Below are positions 7,799-15,287 of a DNA stretch of 32,000 nucleotides, piece by piece (position 1 is the stretch's first letter; every line of letters begins with the position of its first letter). The notes beneath the pieces are model-generated. The model did no database searches. It was given only the letters and a program-made list of their open reading frames with translations, and had not been told where the DNA came from. The position numbers and the translations under genes were made by a program. Source of the stretch: Bdellovibrionales bacterium (GTDB lineage: Bacteria; Bdellovibrionota; Bdellovibrionia; Bdellovibrionales; UBA1609); assembly GCA_963692945.1 (NCBI GenBank), contig OY843585.1, forward strand, positions 1,529,449 to 1,561,448, read 5' to 3'.

Positions 7799-9585
7799 TG
7801 TTTGTCCAATTCTAAAAAGATCTCTCTTTGTTTTTTAGCTTGCTCTTTGAAAATCGAGTATCCACTTTGATACTTAATCTGATTTTTCAAAGCATACTCT
7901 CTTCCTGGAGAATCTTCTACATAATTTAAATCTATAATTTCATGAACTGTCCAGTCTTTTGGTGGCCAAAGACAATTTTTCATACGCTTTCTCCCAACAG
8001 CCCATATTAAAACATCTATAACCTTTTTCTTTTTTCCAAATACGATCTTCCCTGTCCGAGCTGAATAAAAAACAGCAGAAGGAAAAATGGCTTTTAAAGC
8101 AGGTCGTACTCCTCCACCTCCCCATACACCTACAGAACAAGACGTCAGTCGTTTTTTTAAAACCTTTAACCCTTCTATATCTGTATTATAAGCTTTCCAC
8201 TGTTGATTATGAAAAATTAAAGTATTTGCTCGTTCCAGATCTTTAACTTTTTCCTCTAAATAATCAGCACATAAAAAAGCTTCCTTTTTTAAAGGAGATG
8301 TAACTGCAAAAAAAACAAATCCAAAATTTTTTAAAATTTCTAAATTTTCTTTTTTCAATTCTCCTTCCTTTAAAGGTATAGGAAATAGAGGTATAGATCT
8401 TTCCTGATAAAAAAAAGAGTTATGCTCTTGGGGTGTTGCTGAAAAATCTATAGGATAACCAATAACAGCTCCTAAATATTTTTTAAATTTAGAAAAATGA
8501 ACTGCCTCAGAAAAAAAAGGTTGATCTAAAACAGAAGACTCTCCTTCTCTGATAAAGTTTAAAAACATTTTAGAACCAAAAGCATTACGAAACCACCTCC
8601 AACGACCATCTAAAGAACGAGGTAAAAAATTTCTTTGATGAGGTCTTTCTTGTTGCCACTTATAACACTCCTCCAACTCTTTAAGATTGAAAATCTCAAT
8701 AGATAATTTCAAGTGATGATTTTTATACAAAGAAAAATCTGCTAATAGAGACTTTAAATCTTTTTCTTTTCGCTGATGAAGAGTTAAAATAGAAACTCCC
8801 TGAGGAGGCTCCCCTAAACTTAAATCCCAACTCCAATTTATCTTATTTGGAATATTACAAAAAAGAAGAGAAGATTGAGAACTAAAAAGAATTTTATTCT
8901 TTGGAATAACTTTCATTACTTTATGAATAAAATCTTCATTCGCTATTTCATCATGAATCTCAAAAAAACGAATCCCCCAATTCATTCTCTTATTCAAAAA
9001 AGATTTTAATAGTTTCTCTTCCTTAGGGATATTTTTAGGATTTAATTGTAAGCAAAATAAATCTTCAGACCCTTTTTCTAATCCGAGAAATAACTTATCA
9101 GAAAACTGTTCTTCTTTAAAATACTCTAATCGATAAAACACCTCATTAGACTGTTCTGTATAATATTTTTCTCTTTCTAAATAAACAGACTTATAATCCT
9201 CTAAAGGATTTTTATGAGACAATAAAGGTCTATCCAAAAAAACTCTCCCCTCTTTATCTGTCAAACGAGATAAAAATATAACATTCCAATCCTTCTGTTT
9301 TTTAAATTTACAACCTGCACCTAAAACTATATAAATGTTATCTTTTGGATTTATTTTTTTAATAATAGTTTCAAATGCTTTCTGCTCCAAATCTCTAAAA
9401 AATTTTTCACCTTTAAGAAAAAGGTTATCTATACTTTTTCCAGTTTGTTTTTTAATCTCTTCATCTAAATCAAAACAATAAATTTTTTCACCTTTTTCTT
9501 TATAGAGTTTTTCTACAATTTTCAACCAGTGAGTTTTTCCTGTGCCACGATGACCAACAATCAAATTTATCATTGTTTCAAACAC
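7795..9585 (-). CDS. Trifunctional fusion: shikimate kinase (N) / type I 3-dehydroquinate dehydratase (middle) / shikimate 5-dehydrogenase (C)
   Basis: A 596-aa single ORF.
- SK, about aa 1-165: P-loop VGHRGTGKT, DLDEEIKKQTGKSIDNLFLKGEKFFRDLE, DRPLL, LEREKYY.
- DHQase I, about aa 175-375: FEIHDE, a His in ILTLHQRKEK and a Lys in HHLKLSIEI at the expected spacing, then RSLDGRWRWFRNAFGSKMF.
- SDH, about aa 380-596: GAVIGYPIDFSATPQEHN, AVTSPLKKEAF, ANTLIF...YNTDIEGL, VWGGGGVRPA, IDLNY, FKEQA.
The track start is GTG at 9585 (8-nt overlap with aroA). ATG at 9573, 4 nt after the aroA stop, is an equally good start. Confidence 0.85.
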   Translation of the reverse strand: MFETMINLIVGHRGTGKTHWLKIVEKLYKEKGEKIYCFDLDEEIKKQTGKSIDNLFLKGEKFFRDLEQKAFETIIKKINPKDNIYIVLGAGCKFKKQKDWNVIFLSRLTDKEGRVFLDRPLLSHKNPLEDYKSVYLEREKYYTEQSNEVFYRLEYFKEEQFSDKLFLGLEKGSEDLFCLQLNPKNIPKEEKLLKSFLNKRMNWGIRFFEIHDEIANEDFIHKVMKVIPKNKILFSSQSSLLFCNIPNKINWSWDLSLGEPPQGVSILTLHQRKEKDLKSLLADFSLYKNHHLKLSIEIFNLKELEECYKWQQERPHQRNFLPRSLDGRWRWFRNAFGSKMFLNFIREGESSVLDQPFFSEAVHFSKFKKYLGAVIGYPIDFSATPQEHNSFFYQERSIPLFPIPLKEGELKKENLEILKNFGFVFFAVTSPLKKEAFLCADYLEEKVKDLERANTLIFHNQQWKAYNTDIEGLKVLKKRLTSCSVGVWGGGGVRPALKAIFPSAVFYSARTGKIVFGKKKKVIDVLIWAVGRKRMKNCLWPPKDWTVHEIIDLNYVEDSPGREYALKNQIKYQSGYSIFKEQAKKQREIFLELDKQ

Positions 9586-10747
9586 CCTCTACTAAAGAAA
9601 AAAATTCAGGAAAACTTTTATTAACAGCATCCTTTCCTTGAATCGTGATAGGAACATTTAAGCTTTTCACAAGTTGAGCAGCTATAACCATACGATGATC
9701 CTGTGAAACATTGAAAGAAAAAGGAGAGATAGTCGGCCAATTTTTTTTTCCATAAATAGATAAAGTGTTGTTATTCACTTTTGTCTTAATACCTGAAAGA
9801 TCTAAAAGTTCTATTGTTTTACTTAACCTATCAGACTCTTTAAAAGCTTGATGAGACAATCCTGACAACTGATTTAAACCTTCTGCTTTTGCACATAAAA
9901 CAGACAAAACAGGAAATAAATCAGGATAATAAGATAAGTCCTTTGAAATACTTTGCAAATCATCTGATTGATAAACAGTCATATTTTGATTCTTAAGTTC
10001 AAAAGAAACTCCCATATCTTTTAAAATATTTAAAAAAACAGCATCAGGTTGAACACTTTGTCTTTCCCAATTTGTAAAAGTGGCTTTTCCGTGTAAAATC
10101 GCAAAAGCAGCTAAAGCAAATAAACAACTTTTATCTTGCTCAACTTTATAATTGATTTTTTTTAAAGATTGTCTTTTTGGTATATAAAATTCATTTCCTG
10201 ACTGTCTAACATCCATACCTAATTCTTTAACAAAACTTAGAGTCATTTCAAAATAAGAATAAGATACCTTTTGACTTGTCAAAGTGAAATAAATATCTCT
10301 TTCATAATCCCAACTATTTAATACAAGAGCAGAAGCATATTGGCTAGTCACTTGTGAAGGAACATTGATGTAATCACCTTGAGGATTCCAACCTTGAGAA
10401 GAAATAGACCAACCTTTTTTTGTTCTTAGAATTTCCACTCCCAGTTGAGACAAAAGAGTAGAGAGATCTTTAAAGGGTCGGTTCCATAAAGCCTTTTCTC
10501 CTGTAAAAAAAAAGTTTCCCTTTTTTCTAGATAATCTCAGAACCAAAAATCTAAAAGCTGTTCCACTTAAACCACAATAAAATTCTTTATTAGAATCTAA
10601 AGAACAAACAGCTTCTTCCATAATTTTAACATCATCACAATCACTAGAACCTTCAATTTTAAAATTAGAAAACCAACTTTTTGTAATAAAGGCTCGGTTT
10701 AAAAGAGATTTAGACAAAGGAGCTTGTCCTATAAAGTAGAAAGACAT
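9578..10747 (-). CDS. aroA: 3-phosphoshikimate 1-carboxyvinyltransferase (EPSP synthase)
   Basis: 389 aa. Motifs: PLSKSLLNRAF, GLSGTAFRFL, TSQYASALVL, DLFPVLSVLCA, KESDRL, DHRMVIAAQL and NKSFPEFF. It starts 2 nt after the aroB stop. Confidence 0.9.
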   Translation of the reverse strand: MSFYFIGQAPLSKSLLNRAFITKSWFSNFKIEGSSDCDDVKIMEEAVCSLDSNKEFYCGLSGTAFRFLVLRLSRKKGNFFFTGEKALWNRPFKDLSTLLSQLGVEILRTKKGWSISSQGWNPQGDYINVPSQVTSQYASALVLNSWDYERDIYFTLTSQKVSYSYFEMTLSFVKELGMDVRQSGNEFYIPKRQSLKKINYKVEQDKSCLFALAAFAILHGKATFTNWERQSVQPDAVFLNILKDMGVSFELKNQNMTVYQSDDLQSISKDLSYYPDLFPVLSVLCAKAEGLNQLSGLSHQAFKESDRLSKTIELLDLSGIKTKVNNNTLSIYGKKNWPTISPFSFNVSQDHRMVIAAQLVKSLNVPITIQGKDAVNKSFPEFFSLVEGV

Positions 10748-10749
10748 AT

Positions 10750-11763
10750 CTAAATAATTCCCTGCCTTTTTGCTTCTAAAACAATTTCTTGTTCAGAAAC
10801 AGATTTTACAAAAACATCTCCTGGCTTTTTTATAAAAATGAAATCTAAATGTTGTTTTGATTTATACTTTTTATCCCTTTGAAGCCATTTTATAAATTGA
10901 GTCTGAGATACTTTTTTAGATTTTACTGGTATTAAAGATTTTATTTCCTGAAAATATCTCTGACTTAAAAAGCCTTTTTGAAAACTCCACTCTACAGAAA
11001 ACAACAATCCATGTAAAACAGCTACTCCATGAGGCAAAGCACACAGGACTTCTAAAATATGCCCTATGGTATGTCCTAAATTTAATATTTTTCTTATAGA
11101 CTTTTTTTCATAAGGATCTTTATGAACTATTTTCATTTTTAAAGAAATAGATTGTTTAATCATTTTATCTGAAAAATCTTTAAGAACATATTTTTTTACA
11201 TCTTTATAAAATGATCCTCCATCAATGATAGCCATTTTTAACAATTCACCAAAAGCCGATTCCTTTTGTTTTTTAGAAAGAGTTTTAAAAAAATCTCTCA
11301 CAATAAAAACAGCATTTGGAAACCAGTAAGTTCCTACAAAATTTTTTATATTTTGAAAGTTCAAAGCTGTTTTTCCTCCATGAGAAGAATCTAAAGCAGA
11401 TAAATAGGTTGTAGGTATATGTATCAAAGGAACCCCTCTTTTATAAATAGAAGCTAAAAAACCTGTTGCATCTCCTATACTACCTCCACCTATACTAATA
11501 AAAACAATCTCTGTTTGATTTATCTTTTTAGTTAAGTACAATATTTTTTTAAGATGGATATCTAATTTTTCTACAGACTTAGAAGCCTCTCCTGATTTGA
11601 TAAAATAAAATTGAAAAGAATCATCTTTTAACCATTTTTTTAACAGTGGATTATTTTTTAATTTTAAATCACAAACAACCAAAGCTTTTTGATAGGGAGA
11701 ATCTAGAAGGCTAAAAATCTTAACAGAGGACGGCAACTTTGAAGAAAAATAAAGATCATTCAT
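10750..11763 (-). CDS. aroB: 3-dehydroquinate synthase
   Basis: 337 aa. Motifs: GEASKS, GGGSIGDATGFLASIYKRGVPLIHIPTTYLSALDSSHGGKTALN, LNLGHTIGHILE and HGVAVLHGL. Confidence 0.9.
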   Translation of the reverse strand: MNDLYFSSKLPSSVKIFSLLDSPYQKALVVCDLKLKNNPLLKKWLKDDSFQFYFIKSGEASKSVEKLDIHLKKILYLTKKINQTEIVFISIGGGSIGDATGFLASIYKRGVPLIHIPTTYLSALDSSHGGKTALNFQNIKNFVGTYWFPNAVFIVRDFFKTLSKKQKESAFGELLKMAIIDGGSFYKDVKKYVLKDFSDKMIKQSISLKMKIVHKDPYEKKSIRKILNLGHTIGHILEVLCALPHGVAVLHGLLFSVEWSFQKGFLSQRYFQEIKSLIPVKSKKVSQTQFIKWLQRDKKYKSKQHLDFIFIKKPGDVFVKSVSEQEIVLEAKRQGII

Positions 11764-11819
11764 CGGAATCTATGCTAGCATAAATTAAAAATAAAGTCTT
11801 TAGAAAGTCAAAAAAAGAG

Positions 11820-12149
11820 TTAATGTATCTTTATAGGATTTTTCATCAAATGAACAAGAAAATCTCTCTCAGCATCGTTTTCATTATTTAAGATTTGCGA
11901 TCTAAGAGATATCTGTTTTTGAGCTTCTTGTTTTACTTTCATGCAAGCATCTATAATACTATTCCCTTCTGCTGTGACTTGAAAATTAGAAGAGTTAGGA
12001 TCTATAATAAAAGTAACACTGTATTTTTCTTTCTTTTGATTCATAATCACAAGAACAGGAGATTGTAACTCTGAAGCTTTTTGATAAACAAAAGCTCTAT
12101 CTTCTTGAGTGGGTTTAAATGGTCCTACAGAATGATTTTTTACTGCCAT
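11820..12149 (-). CDS. Small hypothetical protein, possibly an HPF/RaiA (ribosomal S30AE family)-like ribosome-associated factor
   Basis: 109-aa ORF with an ATG start and no obvious SD. The pattern PTQEDRAFVYQKASEL ... KYSVTFIIDPNS ... VTAEGNSIIDACMKVKQEAQKQI can be aligned by eye to the beta-alpha-beta-beta-beta-alpha HPF consensus (..T..lr.yv..K...L ... AE....y.AID.....l..ql). This is not verified. Confidence 0.45.
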   Translation of the reverse strand: MAVKNHSVGPFKPTQEDRAFVYQKASELQSPVLVIMNQKKEKYSVTFIIDPNSSNFQVTAEGNSIIDACMKVKQEAQKQISLRSQILNNENDAERDFLVHLMKNPIKIH

Positions 12150-12251
12150 ACTTTAAAGATTGAGTTCAAATCTAAAAAAGTCAAGGCATTCAATCTACTA
12201 AAATAATAGTTTTTTCATATAATAAAACTTTATAATAAATTATTTATTCCA

Positions 12252-15200
12252 TTAAACGAAACTTTTTAACCAGTTTTCCATTTCTTTTTTATGAATTTCT
12301 TTATAATTTTGAGATTCTATTCGTTTTTCAAAAGGATAAACTTCACACATTGTGATTGTCTCAGGTTGATACATATTCTCTAAAATCCAACTGTAAAAAA
12401 TCAACTGCTTTTTTACACTTTGAGAAGGAGCACTTTTATAATCAAAAACCCAAATTTCGTTCCCATTCTTTTTCCCCCATAAATCTATACGACCTTGCAA
12501 AATAACATTTTCTTTTTTAAATTTAAAAGACCATTCTGATTCTCCATTTTTAAAAAAAGATTTAAAATCAGGATTTTCTAAATAAGAAATGTATTTCAAT
12601 CCTTCCTGTATCTTTGCTTTATCTTTCTCAGACAAATAGGAATAATCTAATTGTGAAAGAACAGATTCCAAAGGATGCTTAGATAACATTCGTAAATAAC
12701 TATGGAGATGACTTCCTACATTCATTGTAAAAATTGTATTCTTTACACGAGGGATAATAATTTTTTGTTGAACCCCCCCTTGTCCTTTTACATTGAGCTG
12801 AGTCTCTTGAGAATGATTTTGTTCTTTTACATTAAGCTGAGTCTCTTGAGAATGATTTTGTCCTTTTACATTGAGCTGAGTCTCTTGAGAATGATTTTGT
12901 TCTTTTACATCTAATTGAAAATCTTTTGAAGATTTTATATAATTTTTTTCAAAAAATTTATCTTTATAGGGAGGTATAGGATTCACAGGAGTTTCTGACA
13001 ATTCTTTTTTAGGAGAAAATTTAAACTGATGTTGCACTACAAAAGAATAATTATCTCTTCTATAAAAATCCTCTTTTAAAGACCAAACTTGAATTCCTCG
13101 TTTAGGATTATTATCTTTATAAGTAACATCTACAAAAGTTTTAAAAAAAGAAATATTATGCAACCAACTTGATTTTTCTATTTTTTTAGAAGGAAGTAAA
13201 AAAGTTAAACTCTCTTTAGCTCTTGTCATAGCTACATAAAAAAGCCGATCTCTCTCTTCCAATTCTTGTCTCTTGATTTGATTTACAATTTTTTTATGAC
13301 CATAGCTTCTGATTTTCTTTTTATTTCTATTCCCAACAGGAACAGAAAAAGCCATTTTTCTTTTTTGAATATCAAAAACACAATCTTTATTACCAGATTC
13401 TTTTTGTGATGAACCAATAGAGAGATCAAATAGAATGACATGTTTAAATTCCAAACCTTTGCTTTTATGAATCGTCATAAGTTGAATAGCGTCTGAATTT
13501 AAAAAAGAAGCAACTTCTGATATAGAAGAATCACTCTCTTCCTCCATCATGACAGAATAAAAAAGATCTAAAGGATCCGATGTGTTATGCAAAAGAAATA
13601 AAAGTTTCCATAAGTTAGATTCCGAAGAACCTGAAGAATCTTGATAATGAGAAAGATCTAAGAAAGATTTTTCTAAAAGAGCTTGTTCAAAAGTTTTTAA
13701 TAAACCCTTATTTTTTTCTATCTCCAAATATTCTTTTAATTGTTGGATGACATTTTCTTTTAAATAATGCTCCTCTAAATAAGACCATAAAGATATATTT
13801 GTTTCTTTTTTACAAAATTGATTATGCTCATAACAGAAGTCTGCTATTTTCTGATCCGTTAAATAAAAGTAAGGTGTTCTGCAAAGAGATATTAAATTTG
13901 TATTGTCGTAAGGATTTATTAAAAACTTAAAGAGAAATAAAGCATCTAAAATTAAACGATTATCAGCAAAACAATTTGAACCATTTAATAAAACATTTAT
14001 ATTTTTCTTCTTTAAAAAAGAAACTAAACTTAAAAGGTCGCTATTTCTTCTAGATAAAATAGCAATATCATTTAATCTATTTCCTTCCTCTAAAAGTTTC
14101 TGTATATAATGATAAGTTGATTCAAAAGATTCTTCTTGGTCTTTGTCGTAAGTTAAGAAATGAACACAAGGTTTTTCAATATTACACTTTTTATCTTTTG
14201 AAGGTTGAAAGGTGATAAAACCATCTTCTTCAGTAAAAAAGTCATTGAAAAAATGAATCAAAGAAGAATTGGATCTATAATTTATGCCTAAATTTCTAAC
14301 TTTTTGACCTAAAGAATCAATTCTCCTTTTAAAAACATGGGGATCTGCTCCTCTAAAAAAATAAATACTTTGTTTAGGGTCACCCACACAAAATACATTT
14401 TTAAAGCCTGTAATATGTTTAATAATTTGTTCTTGAACCCAACTTGTATCTTGATATTCATCAATAAACCAATAATCCCATTCTTTAGAAAAAGATCTAG
14501 CAACTTGAGAGCTTTTTCGTAATAAATCCAAACTAAATAATGCAAGATCATCTATAACTAAACATCCTTGTATTTTTTTCTGAGTCAAATATTCTGTAAA
14601 AAACTCGTCAGCCATAACCTTAAAATCTTTAAAGAAAGAAACAAAATGTTTCCCTTCTAAACATTCTGATTCTTTACTCATTTTTTTAATTTCTTCTTTA
14701 CAATCTAAAGATAAGTTTTGTGACTCATAATTCTCTTTCTCTAAATTAAACTCTTCAAAATCTGACTTATCAAAAAAACTCACCTCTCCATATTTTAATT
14801 TTGTTTTTATGTAAAATCTTAAAACGGTTTGCAAATCACCAAATTGCATCCTTTCAAGAAGATGAGAGTATTCTCCAAAAAAATATTTTTCTGATAACTC
14901 ATTAAATAATTTATTTTCTTTTTGAGCATCCTCTAAATTAAAATCAGGATTTAATTCATATTTATAAGCATAAGTTCGTAAAAATAAACTCAAAATAGAA
15001 TCAATAGTAGAAATATGAAGAGAAGAGGACTGTATATAGTCTAAAAAATCCCAATTTTTCAATGCAATGGCTTTTTGATAGAGACGTTCACGAAGTTCTT
15101 GTGTTGCTTTTATAGTAAAAGTACACACTACCAAATTAGGATCATGATCTTTTTTTTCTTTAAAATATTTATAAACTGTAAAAACTTCATCTACAAGACA

Positions 15201-15287
15201 TGTTGTTTTACCTGTTCCTGCTCCTGCACGAACAACTTGAGATTTTAATTTAAATGACTCGCCCGACACCATTTCCTCCAAGAACAA
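12252..15287 (-). CDS. addA: AddA-type ATP-dependent helicase/nuclease (UvrD/Rep SF1 helicase with a C-terminal PD-(D/E)XK nuclease)
   Basis: 1011 aa.
- Helicase motifs: Walker A AGAGTGKT, FIDEYQDTS, VGDPKQSIYFFRGA, NYRSNSSL, TIHKSKGLEFKHVILFD, LFYVAMTRAKESL.
- C-terminal nuclease motifs: GSHLHSYL, GRIDLW, VFDYKS, QLIFYSW.
The track start is TTG at 15287. ATG at 15272 or GTG at 15269, just after GGAGGAA, is more likely; either still overlaps the addB stop (15245-15247). Confidence 0.85.
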   Translation of the reverse strand: MFLEEMVSGESFKLKSQVVRAGAGTGKTTCLVDEVFTVYKYFKEKKDHDPNLVVCTFTIKATQELRERLYQKAIALKNWDFLDYIQSSSLHISTIDSILSLFLRTYAYKYELNPDFNLEDAQKENKLFNELSEKYFFGEYSHLLERMQFGDLQTVLRFYIKTKLKYGEVSFFDKSDFEEFNLEKENYESQNLSLDCKEEIKKMSKESECLEGKHFVSFFKDFKVMADEFFTEYLTQKKIQGCLVIDDLALFSLDLLRKSSQVARSFSKEWDYWFIDEYQDTSWVQEQIIKHITGFKNVFCVGDPKQSIYFFRGADPHVFKRRIDSLGQKVRNLGINYRSNSSLIHFFNDFFTEEDGFITFQPSKDKKCNIEKPCVHFLTYDKDQEESFESTYHYIQKLLEEGNRLNDIAILSRRNSDLLSLVSFLKKKNINVLLNGSNCFADNRLILDALFLFKFLINPYDNTNLISLCRTPYFYLTDQKIADFCYEHNQFCKKETNISLWSYLEEHYLKENVIQQLKEYLEIEKNKGLLKTFEQALLEKSFLDLSHYQDSSGSSESNLWKLLFLLHNTSDPLDLFYSVMMEEESDSSISEVASFLNSDAIQLMTIHKSKGLEFKHVILFDLSIGSSQKESGNKDCVFDIQKRKMAFSVPVGNRNKKKIRSYGHKKIVNQIKRQELEERDRLFYVAMTRAKESLTFLLPSKKIEKSSWLHNISFFKTFVDVTYKDNNPKRGIQVWSLKEDFYRRDNYSFVVQHQFKFSPKKELSETPVNPIPPYKDKFFEKNYIKSSKDFQLDVKEQNHSQETQLNVKGQNHSQETQLNVKEQNHSQETQLNVKGQGGVQQKIIIPRVKNTIFTMNVGSHLHSYLRMLSKHPLESVLSQLDYSYLSEKDKAKIQEGLKYISYLENPDFKSFFKNGESEWSFKFKKENVILQGRIDLWGKKNGNEIWVFDYKSAPSQSVKKQLIFYSWILENMYQPETITMCEVYPFEKRIESQNYKEIHKKEMENWLKSFV
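12780..12910. repeat. In-frame tandem repeat, 39-bp unit x about 3.4 copies (alternating A/B variants, i.e. a 78-bp higher-order unit), inside addA
   Basis: Units start at about 12785, 12824 and 12863, with a partial unit at 12902. Only two positions vary: 12784/12823/12862/12901 read c/t/c/t, and 12795/12834/12873 read g/a/g. The encoded peptide is (D/N)VK(E/G)QNHSQETQL repeated, between the helicase core and the nuclease domain. Confidence 0.95.

Noticed and set aside
11771-11782. Perfect 12-bp palindrome TATGCTAGCATA 8 nt upstream of the aroB start, considered as an operator
   Set aside because: With this base composition I estimate well over ten perfect 12-bp palindromes per 32 kb by chance, and of the order of one within the intergenic fraction alone. 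There is no second copy and no flanking promoter elements. It is not significant on its own.
12773-12779. C7 homopolymer (G7 on the coding strand) in addA as a phase-variation switch that would cut off the nuclease domain
   Set aside because: Similar C6 tracts occur in menD (2462-2467) and the MFS gene (30034-30039). All simply encode Gly-Gly with GGG codons. Seven residues is at the low end for slippage-based contingency loci, and there is no evidence of length variation from a single sequence.
12780-12910. Tandem repeats in addA (and 20926-21031 in ftsZ) considered as a possible CRISPR array or mobile-element remnant
   Set aside because: The units are directly abutting with no spacers. They are in frame with, and translated as part of, long conserved genes. 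No cas genes, inverted terminal repeats or transposases are nearby.
12702-12914. 70-aa plus-strand ORF with the repetitive peptide LSLLRMILFFYI
   Set aside because: It is the antisense reading of the 39-bp tandem repeat inside addA. The open frame is a by-product of the repeat, and the opposite strand carries a well-supported 1011-aa gene.
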